From Vicinamibacterales bacterium (lineage in GTDB: Bacteria > Acidobacteriota > Vicinamibacteria > Vicinamibacterales > UBA2999), in NCBI GenBank assembly GCA_036795065.1, contig DAIRFN010000002.1, positions 1 to 54,640 on the forward strand: a stretch of 54,640 nt of DNA. The letters run 5' to 3'. A program made the position numbers and the translations under genes. A model generated the notes under the pieces. The model was not told the DNA's origin and made no database searches. It worked only from the letters and a program-made list of their open reading frames with translations. Positions 20,096 through 30,180 of this stretch are shown here, one piece after another (the stretch's first letter is position 1; each line of letters starts with the position of its first letter).

Positions 20096-23000
20096 ATGAG
20101 CACGACCACCACGACTCCCTCCCTGGCCCTGCAGTCCCTGCTGCTCGACGCCACCAGCAAGAGCGGGCTCTCGCGTCCGACCGGCCGGTTCACCGGCCTC
20201 GGGGGCAGTGCGCGCGCGCTTGCCGTAGCCGCGATGACTCACCGCGTCCGGCCGGCGCCGGTCCTGTTCGTCCTGTCCACCGATGCCGCGCTCGACGACG
20301 CGGTGGACGACGTGCGCTTCATGTTGCGCGCGCTCGAAGGGCTGGCCGACACCGCCGTGGAACGGCTCGTGCTGCCCTTCCCGTCGCTCCAGGTGGATCC
20401 CTATCGCGGGCTGGCGCCGCACTTCCGGGCGACGTCGGCCCGCGCGCAGGCCCTTCACGCGCTGGCCTCGGGACAGGTGCGCGTGCTGGTGGCGTCGGCT
20501 CCGGCGCTCCTGCCACGGCTCGCGCCGCCGGACACCATTCGATCGCTCTCCGCGACCCTGCGAACCGGCCACGACAGTTCACCCGACGCCCTGGTGGCGA
20601 TGCTGGCCGAGGGCGGGTACGAGCGGCAGGACCCCGTGGACGAGCACGGTGAGTTCTGCCTGCGCGGCGGCATCCTGGACGTCTTCCCGGCGGGCGAGAC
20701 GATGCCGGTCCGCATCGAGTTCGTCGGCGACACGGTCGAATCCCTCCGGCGGTTCGATCCCTCGACGCAGCGATCCACGGACACCATCGATCAGTTCGCG
20801 GTGGTGCCGGTTCGCGATTTCGCGCTGTCGGCCTCATCGTCCGTGAGCGAGCCGGCCGCGTCGATCGTCGATTACCTCGGCTCGGCTCATGTCGTGATTG
20901 CGGAACCGGAGGATGTGCGCGCGCAGGTGGAGCAGGCGTGGTCTGGCGTGCGCGCGTCGTACGAGGAGCGCGTGCCCGGGGACCGCGCGGCCTCGACCCT
21001 GGCGCCCGGGCAGTTGATGCTCGGGTGGGATGAGGTCGAGCCGCTGGTCGCGCGCGGGACCGCTCTCGAGGAGCTGAGCCTCGAGCAGGATGAGCGCTCG
21101 GTGCACGTGTCGTATCAGCCACCCCAGGAGTTCAAGGGCCGCATCCCCGACTGGGTGGGCGACATCCGCCAGGCCCTGGAGCGCCAGGAGACCGTGCTCT
21201 TCGTTGCCGGATCCCGCGGCCGCGCGGAGCGCACCGTGGAACTGCTCCGCGACTACGACGTCCGCGCGTCCTGGGCCGGGCACGCGGACGAGCAGCGTGC
21301 CGCCGGCGCGGTGATTGTCGTTGACGGACAGCTGTCGCGGGGCTTCCGACTGCCCGAAGCCGGCCTGCTGGTGCACGCGGCAGGTGACGTCTTCGAGGAA
21401 GAGCGTCGCCGGGCCCAGCAACGCGCAGCGAAGCGATCCGCGGCCGCGACCTTCCTCTCGGATTTGCGCGATCTGAAGGTCGGCGACCTCATCGTTCACG
21501 TGGACCACGGCATCGGCCAGTTCGTCGGCCTGAAGCAGATCACCGTGGGCGACGACGTCAAGGAGTTCCTCGAGCTCCGGTACCACGGCGAAGACAAACT
21601 GTTCGTGCCCGTCGAACGGCTCGATCTGATCCAGAAGTACAGCGGCGGCACCCGGCCGCCGCTCGACCGCCTGGGCGGCACCACCTGGGAGCGTGCCAAG
21701 ACCAGGGTGAAGAAGGCCATGCGCGACATGGCCGAGGAGCTGCTGAAGCTCTACGCCGCCCGCCGGGCCGTGGCAGGCCACGCCTTCAGCGCTGACACGC
21801 ACTGGCAGGAGGAATTCGAGGGCGCGTTCCCGTACGAGCTCACCCCGGACCAGGCCGCGGCCGTGACGGACATCAAGCGCGACATGGAGTCGTCCACGCC
21901 GATGGACCGCCTGCTGTGCGGCGATGTGGGCTACGGCAAGACCGAGGTGGCCATGCGGGCGGCCTTCAAGGCGGTGATGGACGGCAAGCAGGTGGCCGTG
22001 CTGGCGCCGACCACCGTGCTGGCGTTCCAGCACCTGAAGACGCTGACTGAGCGGTTCGCGGCATTCCCGGCGCGCATCGACATGGTGAGCCGCTTCCGGA
22101 CGAAGCAGGAAATTGCCGAAACGCTGGAGGCCCTGGCCGCAGGCCGACTCGACATCATCGTCGGCACGCATCGCCTGCTGTCGAAGGACGTGCAGTTCAG
22201 GGACCTCGGCCTGCTCGTGGTGGACGAAGAGCAGCGCTTCGGCGTCACGCACAAGGAGCGCATCAAGCAGATGCGCAAGAAGGTGGACGTCCTGACGATG
22301 ACGGCGACGCCCATCCCGAGGACGCTCAACATGTCGCTGGTGGGGATCCGGGACATGTCGATCATCGAGACGCCGCCGCGCGACCGGCTGGCCATCCAGA
22401 CCAACGTCCTGAAGTTCGACCAGGACGTGATTACCCGCGCGATCCGCGCCGAGATGGCGCGCGGCGGGCAGGTGTTCTTCGTCCACAACCGCGTGGAGTC
22501 CATCTTCTCGATGGGCAACCTCATCCAGCGGCTGGTGCCGGAGGCGCGCGTGGTCATCGGCCACGGGCAGATGAACGAGGAGGTGCTCGAGCGGGCCATG
22601 CTCGACTTCATGGCGCACAAGTTCGACGTGCTGCTCGCCACCACCATCGTCGAGAACGGGCTCGATATCCCGAACGCGAACACGATCGTCATCAACCGCG
22701 CGGATCGGTACGGGCTCTCACAGCTGTACCAGCTGCGCGGGCGAGTGGGACGCAGCGATCGCGCGGCCTATGCCTACCTGCTGATTCCACCCGAGCAGTC
22801 GCTCTCGCCCGTCGCGCGCAAGCGCCTGGCTGCGATCAAGGAGTTCAGCGACCTGGGCAGCGGTTTCCGCGTGGCCGCCCTCGACCTGGAGATTCGCGGG
22901 GCGGGCAACCTGCTGGGCGGGCAGCAGAGCGGCCACATCGATGCCGTGGGCTTCGAGATGTACATGAAGCTGCTCGAGGACACCATCCGCGAGCTGAAGG

Positions 23001-23743
23001 GCGAGGACCTCGAGGACGACGTGCGGGCCGTGGTGAACCTGAAAGTGGACTTCAGGCTCCCCGAAGCCTACGTGCCGGACATGAACCAGCGCCTCACCAT
23101 CTACCGGCGCGTGGCCGGGGCGAGATCCGAGGAGGAGATCGCCGCAATCGTGGACGAGGTGCACGACCGCTACGGGGCTCCCCCGACGGCCCTGCTGAAC
23201 CTGGCCGATTACGCCCGCATCCGGGTGCTGGCCGACGGGCTGGGGCTTGAAACCCTCGACCGGGAAGGCTCGGCCGTCGTCTTGAAGTTCAGGGAGAGGA
23301 AGACGACGGTCGACCCGGTCCGCATCATCAACCTGGTCCGCGAGCGTGAGGACCTGCGGATCTTCCCGCCGGCGACGCTGAAACTGGACTTGTCCGTGGC
23401 CGGCCGGGAGTCGCCCCGCGACCATGCTCGGGGCGACCGTGAGCCAGTCGAACGGTCGGGAGTCGGGAGTCGGGAGTCGGGCAGAGCTTCGCAGCCGGGA
23501 GCCGGGGGTCGGAACGCAGGGCCGCTGGCCGACGCCTGGGCCAAGGCTGGAACGGGTCGTGCCGCCCGTCGGCCGGTGCGGAAGCCGGCCTGGTGGGCCG
23601 AGCGCGCCACGGCTGGGGCGGTCACGCCGGGCTTCTCGAAGGCCGAGATCCTCAAGGCGGCTCCGGAGGATCCGAGGGCGCCCGATGGGGTGCTGGACCG
23701 GGTGACCGGCCTGTTACTGGCCCTGTCGGACGCGGTAAACTAA
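20096..23743 (+). CDS. mfd: Transcription-repair coupling factor Mfd, with a low-complexity C-terminal extension of about 110 aa
   Basis: 1215 aa with a UvrB-homology N-terminus, the RNAP-interaction region (DLKVGDLIVHVDHGIGQF), and the superfamily-2 translocase (GDVGYGKTEVAMRAAF, DEEQRFGV, TRG motif). The D7 domain ends near LKLDLSVAG, after which a Gly/Arg/Ala-rich tail follows. Confidence 0.95.
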   Translation: MSTTTTTPSLALQSLLLDATSKSGLSRPTGRFTGLGGSARALAVAAMTHRVRPAPVLFVLSTDAALDDAVDDVRFMLRALEGLADTAVERLVLPFPSLQVDPYRGLAPHFRATSARAQALHALASGQVRVLVASAPALLPRLAPPDTIRSLSATLRTGHDSSPDALVAMLAEGGYERQDPVDEHGEFCLRGGILDVFPAGETMPVRIEFVGDTVESLRRFDPSTQRSTDTIDQFAVVPVRDFALSASSSVSEPAASIVDYLGSAHVVIAEPEDVRAQVEQAWSGVRASYEERVPGDRAASTLAPGQLMLGWDEVEPLVARGTALEELSLEQDERSVHVSYQPPQEFKGRIPDWVGDIRQALERQETVLFVAGSRGRAERTVELLRDYDVRASWAGHADEQRAAGAVIVVDGQLSRGFRLPEAGLLVHAAGDVFEEERRRAQQRAAKRSAAATFLSDLRDLKVGDLIVHVDHGIGQFVGLKQITVGDDVKEFLELRYHGEDKLFVPVERLDLIQKYSGGTRPPLDRLGGTTWERAKTRVKKAMRDMAEELLKLYAARRAVAGHAFSADTHWQEEFEGAFPYELTPDQAAAVTDIKRDMESSTPMDRLLCGDVGYGKTEVAMRAAFKAVMDGKQVAVLAPTTVLAFQHLKTLTERFAAFPARIDMVSRFRTKQEIAETLEALAAGRLDIIVGTHRLLSKDVQFRDLGLLVVDEEQRFGVTHKERIKQMRKKVDVLTMTATPIPRTLNMSLVGIRDMSIIETPPRDRLAIQTNVLKFDQDVITRAIRAEMARGGQVFFVHNRVESIFSMGNLIQRLVPEARVVIGHGQMNEEVLERAMLDFMAHKFDVLLATTIVENGLDIPNANTIVINRADRYGLSQLYQLRGRVGRSDRAAYAYLLIPPEQSLSPVARKRLAAIKEFSDLGSGFRVAALDLEIRGAGNLLGGQQSGHIDAVGFEMYMKLLEDTIRELKGEDLEDDVRAVVNLKVDFRLPEAYVPDMNQRLTIYRRVAGARSEEEIAAIVDEVHDRYGAPPTALLNLADYARIRVLADGLGLETLDREGSAVVLKFRERKTTVDPVRIINLVREREDLRIFPPATLKLDLSVAGRESPRDHARGDREPVERSGVGSRESGRASQPGAGGRNAGPLADAWAKAGTGRAARRPVRKPAWWAERATAGAVTPGFSKAEILKAAPEDPRAPDGVLDRVTGLLLALSDAVN
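23455..23482 (+). repeat. Tandem heptamer GTCGGGA x3 plus GTCGGGC inside the mfd 3' extension
   Basis: Read directly: GTCGGGA at 23455, 23462 and 23469, and GTCGGGC at 23476. The 7-nt unit is not a multiple of 3. Confidence 0.9.
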
Positions 23744-23747
23744 AGAA

Positions 23748-24818
23748 TTGCGGGGATTTACCCAAATGACAAGACGAACGGTGACGGTTTCGGCGGCGTT
23801 GATCGTCGCATTCCTGGCGGCGCCCCGGGCCGACATCCTCGAGCAGGTCCTGGTGAAGGTGAACGGCGACATCATCACCAAGACCGACCTCGAGCAGCGG
23901 CAGATCGCGACGCTCCGGCAGAAGGACCCCACCCTGCGCCCGGACGACGATGCCGCGCTCCAGAAGGCGCTGGCCGAGATCACGCCCGCGGTCATCGTGG
24001 ACGCGGTGGACGAACTGCTCATCCTCCAGCGTGGCCGCGAGCTGGGCTACGCGATGTCCAATGAGCAGTTCGACAGCATTGTCGACAACATCAAGAAAGA
24101 GAACAAGCTCGAAGACGAGGACCAGTTCCAGGCCGCGCTCAAGCAGGAAGGCATGACGATCGCCGACCTGCGGAAGCAGCTCGAGCGCACGATGATCGTG
24201 CAGCGCGTGCAGCAGACCGAGGTGATGAGCAAGCTGCAGGTCACCGACGCCGAGCTGAAGATGTACTACGACAGCCACAGGGAAACCTTCACGACGAAGC
24301 CGCAGATGACGCTGCGGGAGATCCTCGTTTCCGTACCGACCAGCGAGCGCGGCGTGAACGTGGGACTGGAGGAAGAGGCAAAGGCGAAGGCCGAGGACAT
24401 CCGCAAGCGGCTGGTGGCCGGAGAGCCGTTCGCGCGGCTGGCGGCCGACCTCTCCGACTCGCCCTCGAAGGCCAACGGCGGCCTGGTGGGGCCGATCACG
24501 ATGGACGTGCTCGCGCCCGAGTTCCAGCAGGCGCTCAAGGATCTGAAGGTGGGCGACCTGACCCCGGTCATGCGGACCGGCCGCGGCTTCCAGGTCGTCA
24601 AGCTCGAGACGATGGAGACGGCGACGGTGAAGCCGTTCGACGAATCGAAGGACGAGATTGCCGACCGCATCGCGAACGAGAAGCGGCGCGGCGAGTTCAC
24701 GAAGTTCCTCGAGAAGCTCCGCGGCCAGGCCATCATCGACTGGAAGAACGACGAGATCAAGAAGGCCTGGGAGGTCGGCCTGAAGCAGGCGGCCGAGGCC
24801 GTGCCGAGCGCGCGATGA
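23748..24818 (+). CDS. SurA/PrsA-like periplasmic chaperone with a parvulin PPIase domain
   Basis: Signal peptide (alternative start ATG 23766, MTRRTVTVSAALIVAFLAAPRA), a SurA N-domain-like region, and a parvulin segment (GGLVGPITMDVLAPEFQQAL..GDLTPVMRTGRGFQVVKL). Confidence 0.8.
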   Translation: MRGFTQMTRRTVTVSAALIVAFLAAPRADILEQVLVKVNGDIITKTDLEQRQIATLRQKDPTLRPDDDAALQKALAEITPAVIVDAVDELLILQRGRELGYAMSNEQFDSIVDNIKKENKLEDEDQFQAALKQEGMTIADLRKQLERTMIVQRVQQTEVMSKLQVTDAELKMYYDSHRETFTTKPQMTLREILVSVPTSERGVNVGLEEEAKAKAEDIRKRLVAGEPFARLAADLSDSPSKANGGLVGPITMDVLAPEFQQALKDLKVGDLTPVMRTGRGFQVVKLETMETATVKPFDESKDEIADRIANEKRRGEFTKFLEKLRGQAIIDWKNDEIKKAWEVGLKQAAEAVPSAR

Positions 24819-25327
24819 GCCCCGAGCCCGAGCCGCAGGAGCCCCAGTGGTACGCCATCTGGACGCGCTCCCGTCATGAAAAGGTGGTCCGCGATCAGCT
24901 CGAGCGCAAGGCGATCGAGGTGTTCCTGCCGACCATCGGCAAGTGGAGCCGCTGGAAGGACCGAAAGAAGAAGGTGGACTGGCCCCTCTTTCCGGGCTAC
25001 TGCTTCGCGCGCTTCGACGTGATGAATCGCCTGCCCGTGCTTACCTGTGACGGCGTCGTGCAGATTATCGGCACCGACGGTGTGCCGTCTCCCATTCCCG
25101 CCATCGAGGTGGAAGGCATCCGGCAGCTGGTCGAGAGCGAGCTCTCATACGACCCCTGCCCCCTCATAAAAGAGGGCGAAATGGTGAAAGTGGTTTCCGG
25201 CCCGTTGAAGGGCGTGGTGGGCCGCCTGCAGCGCAAGGGCGCTCACGCGCGGCTGGTGTTGTCGGTGGATCTCATCGGCCAGGCGGTGAGCGTCGAGGTC
25301 GACGCCGCGGACGTCCGCCCGTACTGA
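24815..25327 (+). CDS. NusG-paralogue transcription antiterminator (RfaH/UpxY-like: NGN + KOW)
   Basis: 170 aa. NGN-like WYAIWTRSRHEKVVRDQLERKAIEVFLP and KOW GEMVKVVSGPLKGVVGRLQRK. The start overlaps the preceding stop (ATGA). Confidence 0.8.
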   Translation: MSPEPEPQEPQWYAIWTRSRHEKVVRDQLERKAIEVFLPTIGKWSRWKDRKKKVDWPLFPGYCFARFDVMNRLPVLTCDGVVQIIGTDGVPSPIPAIEVEGIRQLVESELSYDPCPLIKEGEMVKVVSGPLKGVVGRLQRKGAHARLVLSVDLIGQAVSVEVDAADVRPY

Positions 25328-25328
25328 A

Positions 25329-25490
25329 TCACCCAATCAGAAATCCCCCAATCCCCCAATCCCCCAATCCCCCAATCACCTAATCCCCCAATCACCTAAT
25401 CCCCCAATCATCAATCACTCAATCACTCGTCCCAATCGCGCGATCATCAATCGTCAATAAATCGTCAATCTGCAATCACCAATCGTCAAT
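25329..25490 (+). repeat. G-depleted degenerate tandem array: (CCCCCAAT)4, (CACCTAATCCCCCAAT)2, then about 10 units of 7-13 nt (mostly 7-8 nt), most ending in CAAT
   Basis: Read directly. The units run from 25345 to 25490, and the last CAAT overlaps the dusB ATG. There are only two G residues between 25328 and 25430 in an otherwise GC-rich sequence. Confidence 0.95.
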
Positions 25491-26556
25491 GAAGATCGGC
25501 CCCGTCCCCCTCCCCTCCCCGTTCGTCGTCTCGCCCATGGCGGGGATGACGGACACGGCCTTCCGCCGCCTGGTGAAACGCCAGGGCGGCTGCGGGCTGG
25601 TGGTGTCCGAGATGGTGAGCAGCGAGGGGCTGGTGCGCGGCATCGATCGCACGCTCGAGTACGCCGAGTACACGGAGGAAGAACGTCCCGTGTCCATCCA
25701 GATCTTCGGCGGCGACCCCGAGCGCATGGCCGAGGCGGCACGCGTGGTCGAAGGCATGGGCGCCGACATCGTGGACGTGAACATGGGCTGCCCTGTCCCG
25801 AAGATCGCGAAGCACAACGCCGGCTGCAGCCTCATGCGCGAGCCCGAGCACGCAGCCAGCATCATCGGCGCGATGACGAAGGCGGTGCGCATCCCCGTCA
25901 CCGTGAAGATGCGGAAGGGCTGGGACGAGAGCGACTTGAGCGCGCCCGACGTGGCCCGCCGCGTCGAGGACGCCGGCGCTGCCGCCATCGCCATCCACGG
26001 CCGCACCGCGAAGCAGTCGTATACCGGCCACGCTGACTGGGACTTCGTGGCCGAGGTCGCGAAGGCGGTGCGCATCCCGGTGTTCGGCTCGGGCGACTGC
26101 GTCGAGCCCGAGCAGGTGGTCGAGCGCCTGCGGGCCGGCGTGAGCGGCGTCTTCGTCGGACGCGGCGTGCTGCGCAACCCGTGGATCCTGGCCCAGGCGC
26201 GCGACCTGATGGAAGGGCGCGCGCCGCGAACGGTTTCGAGGGAGGAACGCGCCCGCTTCCTGCTCGACTACATGCAGTTGCTGCTCGACGAGCGCGTGCA
26301 CGAACCGGAGGGGTTCCGGCACGTCGCCCCGAGCCAGGGCCCGGCGTCGTCGACGCCGGCGCGCGGTCGGGAGCGCTGGGTCATCAACAAGCTGCGAGCG
26401 CTCTGCACCTGGTACACCAAGGGAATGGAAGGCGGGTCGCAGCTGAGGACCTCGGTGAACGCGGCCGAGTCGCTGGGTCAGTTACGAGAGCAGATCGAGA
26501 TGTTCTTCCTGGCCGGCGCCCTGTCCAGCCATTCACCCGACCTGGTGCCGCGGTGA
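25489..26556 (+). CDS. dusB: tRNA-dihydrouridine synthase
   Basis: 355 aa TIM-barrel Dus family: SPMAGMTDTAFRRL, VDVNMGCPVPKI (catalytic Cys), IHGRTAKQSYTGHADWD. Confidence 0.88.
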   Translation: MKIGPVPLPSPFVVSPMAGMTDTAFRRLVKRQGGCGLVVSEMVSSEGLVRGIDRTLEYAEYTEEERPVSIQIFGGDPERMAEAARVVEGMGADIVDVNMGCPVPKIAKHNAGCSLMREPEHAASIIGAMTKAVRIPVTVKMRKGWDESDLSAPDVARRVEDAGAAAIAIHGRTAKQSYTGHADWDFVAEVAKAVRIPVFGSGDCVEPEQVVERLRAGVSGVFVGRGVLRNPWILAQARDLMEGRAPRTVSREERARFLLDYMQLLLDERVHEPEGFRHVAPSQGPASSTPARGRERWVINKLRALCTWYTKGMEGGSQLRTSVNAAESLGQLREQIEMFFLAGALSSHSPDLVPR

Positions 26557-27254
26557 GCCTGCGCGTGGCCTTCGACATGGACGGCACCGTGGCCGACATG
26601 TACGCGGTGTTGCGTAGGGAGACGGAGCAGCTCTTCGGCCCAGTGGCCACGAGCCCTGCGGCCGCAGGCGACGCGGACACATCGGGCGAGGGCTCGCCCC
26701 TGCCGGGCCCGGCGGTGGACGAGCTTCAACTGACGGCCGCACAGCAGCGGCAGCTGTGGGACCGGGTCAAGGGCATCGAGAACTTCTGGACGTCGCTCCC
26801 GGAGGCCGAGCCGGGCATCATCGCGCGCATCGCGGAGACGGCCCGGAAGCGCCGCTGGGAGGTGCTGTTCATCACCACGCGACCGCCGAGTGCCGGCGAC
26901 ACCACCCAGGCGCAGACCCAGCGATGGCTCGACGCCAACGGGTTCCACCTGCCCTCTGTCTTCGTGGTACCGCGATCGCGAGGCAAGCTGGCCGACGCCT
27001 TGCAGCTGGACGCCGTCGTGGACGACCGGCCCGAGAACTGCCTCGACGTCGCGATGGACAGCAAGGCAACACCCGTGCTGATCTGGCCCCCCACCGCTGG
27101 CGATGCGCCATCGGCGGCGCGCCACCTCGGCGTGCGGACTGTAGGCTCCATCTCGGAAGCGCTCGCGCTGCTCGAGCGCCTGGACGACGAGCAGCGGCAG
27201 CCGGCCGTGGTACGGCGGATCCGCCGCCTGCTCAAGCGCCAGTCGCGGGACTAG
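26553..27254 (+). CDS. HAD-superfamily hydrolase (5'-nucleotidase-like)
   Basis: GTG 26553 overlaps the dusB stop (GTGA). Has the DxDGT motif in VAFDMDGTVADMY. The upstream part of ORF 26181-27254 lies inside dusB and was discarded. Confidence 0.65.
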   Translation: MSLRVAFDMDGTVADMYAVLRRETEQLFGPVATSPAAAGDADTSGEGSPLPGPAVDELQLTAAQQRQLWDRVKGIENFWTSLPEAEPGIIARIAETARKRRWEVLFITTRPPSAGDTTQAQTQRWLDANGFHLPSVFVVPRSRGKLADALQLDAVVDDRPENCLDVAMDSKATPVLIWPPTAGDAPSAARHLGVRTVGSISEALALLERLDDEQRQPAVVRRIRRLLKRQSRD

Positions 27255-27279
27255 CGGCCTCGCGTTTCATTCTCTCGTT

Positions 27280-27666
27280 CTACTTTTCTCCCTCGACCTT
27301 CTCATCAGGCTGCTCCGCAACCTGATCGACCAGCGCTCGCAATCCCTCCGGCTGGACCATCTCGAAATCGTGGGCAATGGCCACGGCGGCTGAGGAGGTG
27401 AAGCGCTGCCCGAGCTCCGCGTGCGCCGGGTGCAGGAGGTAGGCGCGGAGGTCGGCCTCCGTGTCGAACTCGAGGATGGCCGCGTACTCGAAATGCACAG
27501 CTGAGATGGTGTCGTAGCCGAAGCCCAGGATCCGCCGGCGCCCGATGCGCACGCGGCGAATCTGGGGAATGTCGACGCACGCGCGCTCGAGAGCGCCGAC
27601 GAGGGCCTGCCGGGTCGCCGCATCGAGGTCGGCCCTGGGCGTGAACAGCACGACGTGCGCGATCAC
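27280..27666 (-). CDS. Dabb (stress-responsive A/B-barrel) domain protein
   Basis: The start is trimmed to GTG 27666: VIAHVVLFTPRADLDAATRQALVGALERACVDIPQIRRVRIGRR..., a Dabb-like ferredoxin fold. It is translationally coupled (GTGA) to the upstream ORF. Confidence 0.7.
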   Translation of the reverse strand: MIAHVVLFTPRADLDAATRQALVGALERACVDIPQIRRVRIGRRRILGFGYDTISAVHFEYAAILEFDTEADLRAYLLHPAHAELGQRFTSSAAVAIAHDFEMVQPEGLRALVDQVAEQPDEKVEGEK

Positions 27667-28049
27667 TCGTCCCCGCCGGTCTTGCGCCGCTTGCGTGCAA
27701 CGCCCTCCCGGACGCGCTCCTTGTAACGCGTCCACTTGGCTTTCTTCGCGTCGATGTACTTCTGGCGCGGATCGCGATGCGTGCCGCCCGGACGCCACTT
27801 GCGATCCCGGGGCGGGCTCTCGGCCGCCCGCTTCTTGCGCTCCTCGGCGCGCCGCGCCGCCGTGGCGGCATCCTGCGCCTCGAGGCGCGAGCCCCAGAGC
27901 TTTCCGCTCTGGAACCACATCATCACCGCCGAGGGGTGCTTCTCCTTCAGGCGGTTGAAGGTCGGCAGCAGCTCTTCGTGATCCGCGGCGCGGAACGCCG
28001 TGGGCTGGCCGTCGACGATGATCGTCCAGTACGCAAAACGCGGCGGCAC
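27663..28049 (-). CDS. Hypothetical protein with a highly basic Lys/Arg-rich C-terminal half
   Basis: GTG 28049 is preferred over ATG 28118 because third-position GC is low between them. Sequence: VPPRFAYWTIIVDGQPTAFRAADHEELLPTFNRLKEKHPSAVMMWFQSGKLW...WRPGGTHRDPRQKYIDAKKAKWTRYKERV. I do not recognise a family. Confidence 0.55.
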   Translation of the reverse strand: MPPRFAYWTIIVDGQPTAFRAADHEELLPTFNRLKEKHPSAVMMWFQSGKLWGSRLEAQDAATAARRAEERKKRAAESPPRDRKWRPGGTHRDPRQKYIDAKKAKWTRYKERVREGVARKRRKTGGDE

Positions 28050-28069
28050 GAAAGGTATCCTATCCCGAG

Positions 28070-28759
28070 ATGCAGCTGGTCGTCGCCACTCTCGAGGGTC
28101 TCCGGGCCGAACTGTCATCCGCGTTCGAACAGATGGTGGACGCCGGTCCGCTCTCGTGCGGCCTGTCGGGCGGCGCGACGGCGCTCATCTATCTCGGCGC
28201 GCTCCGCGGCGCCAGGGTGGACTGGAGCCGCGTGTCGCTCTTCTGGGTGGACGAGTGCGCGGTCCCGTTCACTGATCCGGAGTCGAGCGCCGGCCTGGCG
28301 CGCCAGATGCTGATCGACCCGATGAAGCACGAGCGCCCGCGCACGTTCCCCATGCACGCGGCCGGGCCGGACCTGGAAGAGGCCGCCCTCGACTACGACC
28401 ACGTCCTCGACCGCGAGCTCTCGGGTGAGCCGCTCGACCTGGCCATCGTGGGCGTGGGCGAGGATGGCCACGTGGGCGCGCTCTTCGCCGGCTCCCCCGC
28501 GCTGCAGGCACAGACGAGGGTCGTGGCCATTCACGATGCGCCGCGCGGCCCCCGCCGCCGGTTGACCCTCTCGCTGCCCTTCCTGATGAGCAGCCGCCGC
28601 ATCTGGGTGGTGGCCGTGGGCGCCCGCAAGCGCGCCATCGTCCAGGCGGTGGTGGGCCGAACGGGCGGCGAGACGCCCTTCGACTTGCTGGTGCGCTATG
28701 GGGAGGACGTCACCATCCTCACTGACCAGGCCGTCAGCCGGGGACCGGGCGGGCGCTGA
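28070..28759 (+). CDS. pgl: 6-phosphogluconolactonase
   Basis: 229 aa with SolA/Pgl motifs: GLSGGATA, WSRVSLFWVDECAV, VGVGEDGHVGALF. Confidence 0.8.
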   Translation: MQLVVATLEGLRAELSSAFEQMVDAGPLSCGLSGGATALIYLGALRGARVDWSRVSLFWVDECAVPFTDPESSAGLARQMLIDPMKHERPRTFPMHAAGPDLEEAALDYDHVLDRELSGEPLDLAIVGVGEDGHVGALFAGSPALQAQTRVVAIHDAPRGPRRRLTLSLPFLMSSRRIWVVAVGARKRAIVQAVVGRTGGETPFDLLVRYGEDVTILTDQAVSRGPGGR

Positions 28760-28797
28760 CACCCCCCGAAGTGAACAGCGAAAAGTGGGCGGCGGGT

Positions 28798-30171
<1,374 letters not shown>

Positions 30172-30180
30172 TTGCCGAGA

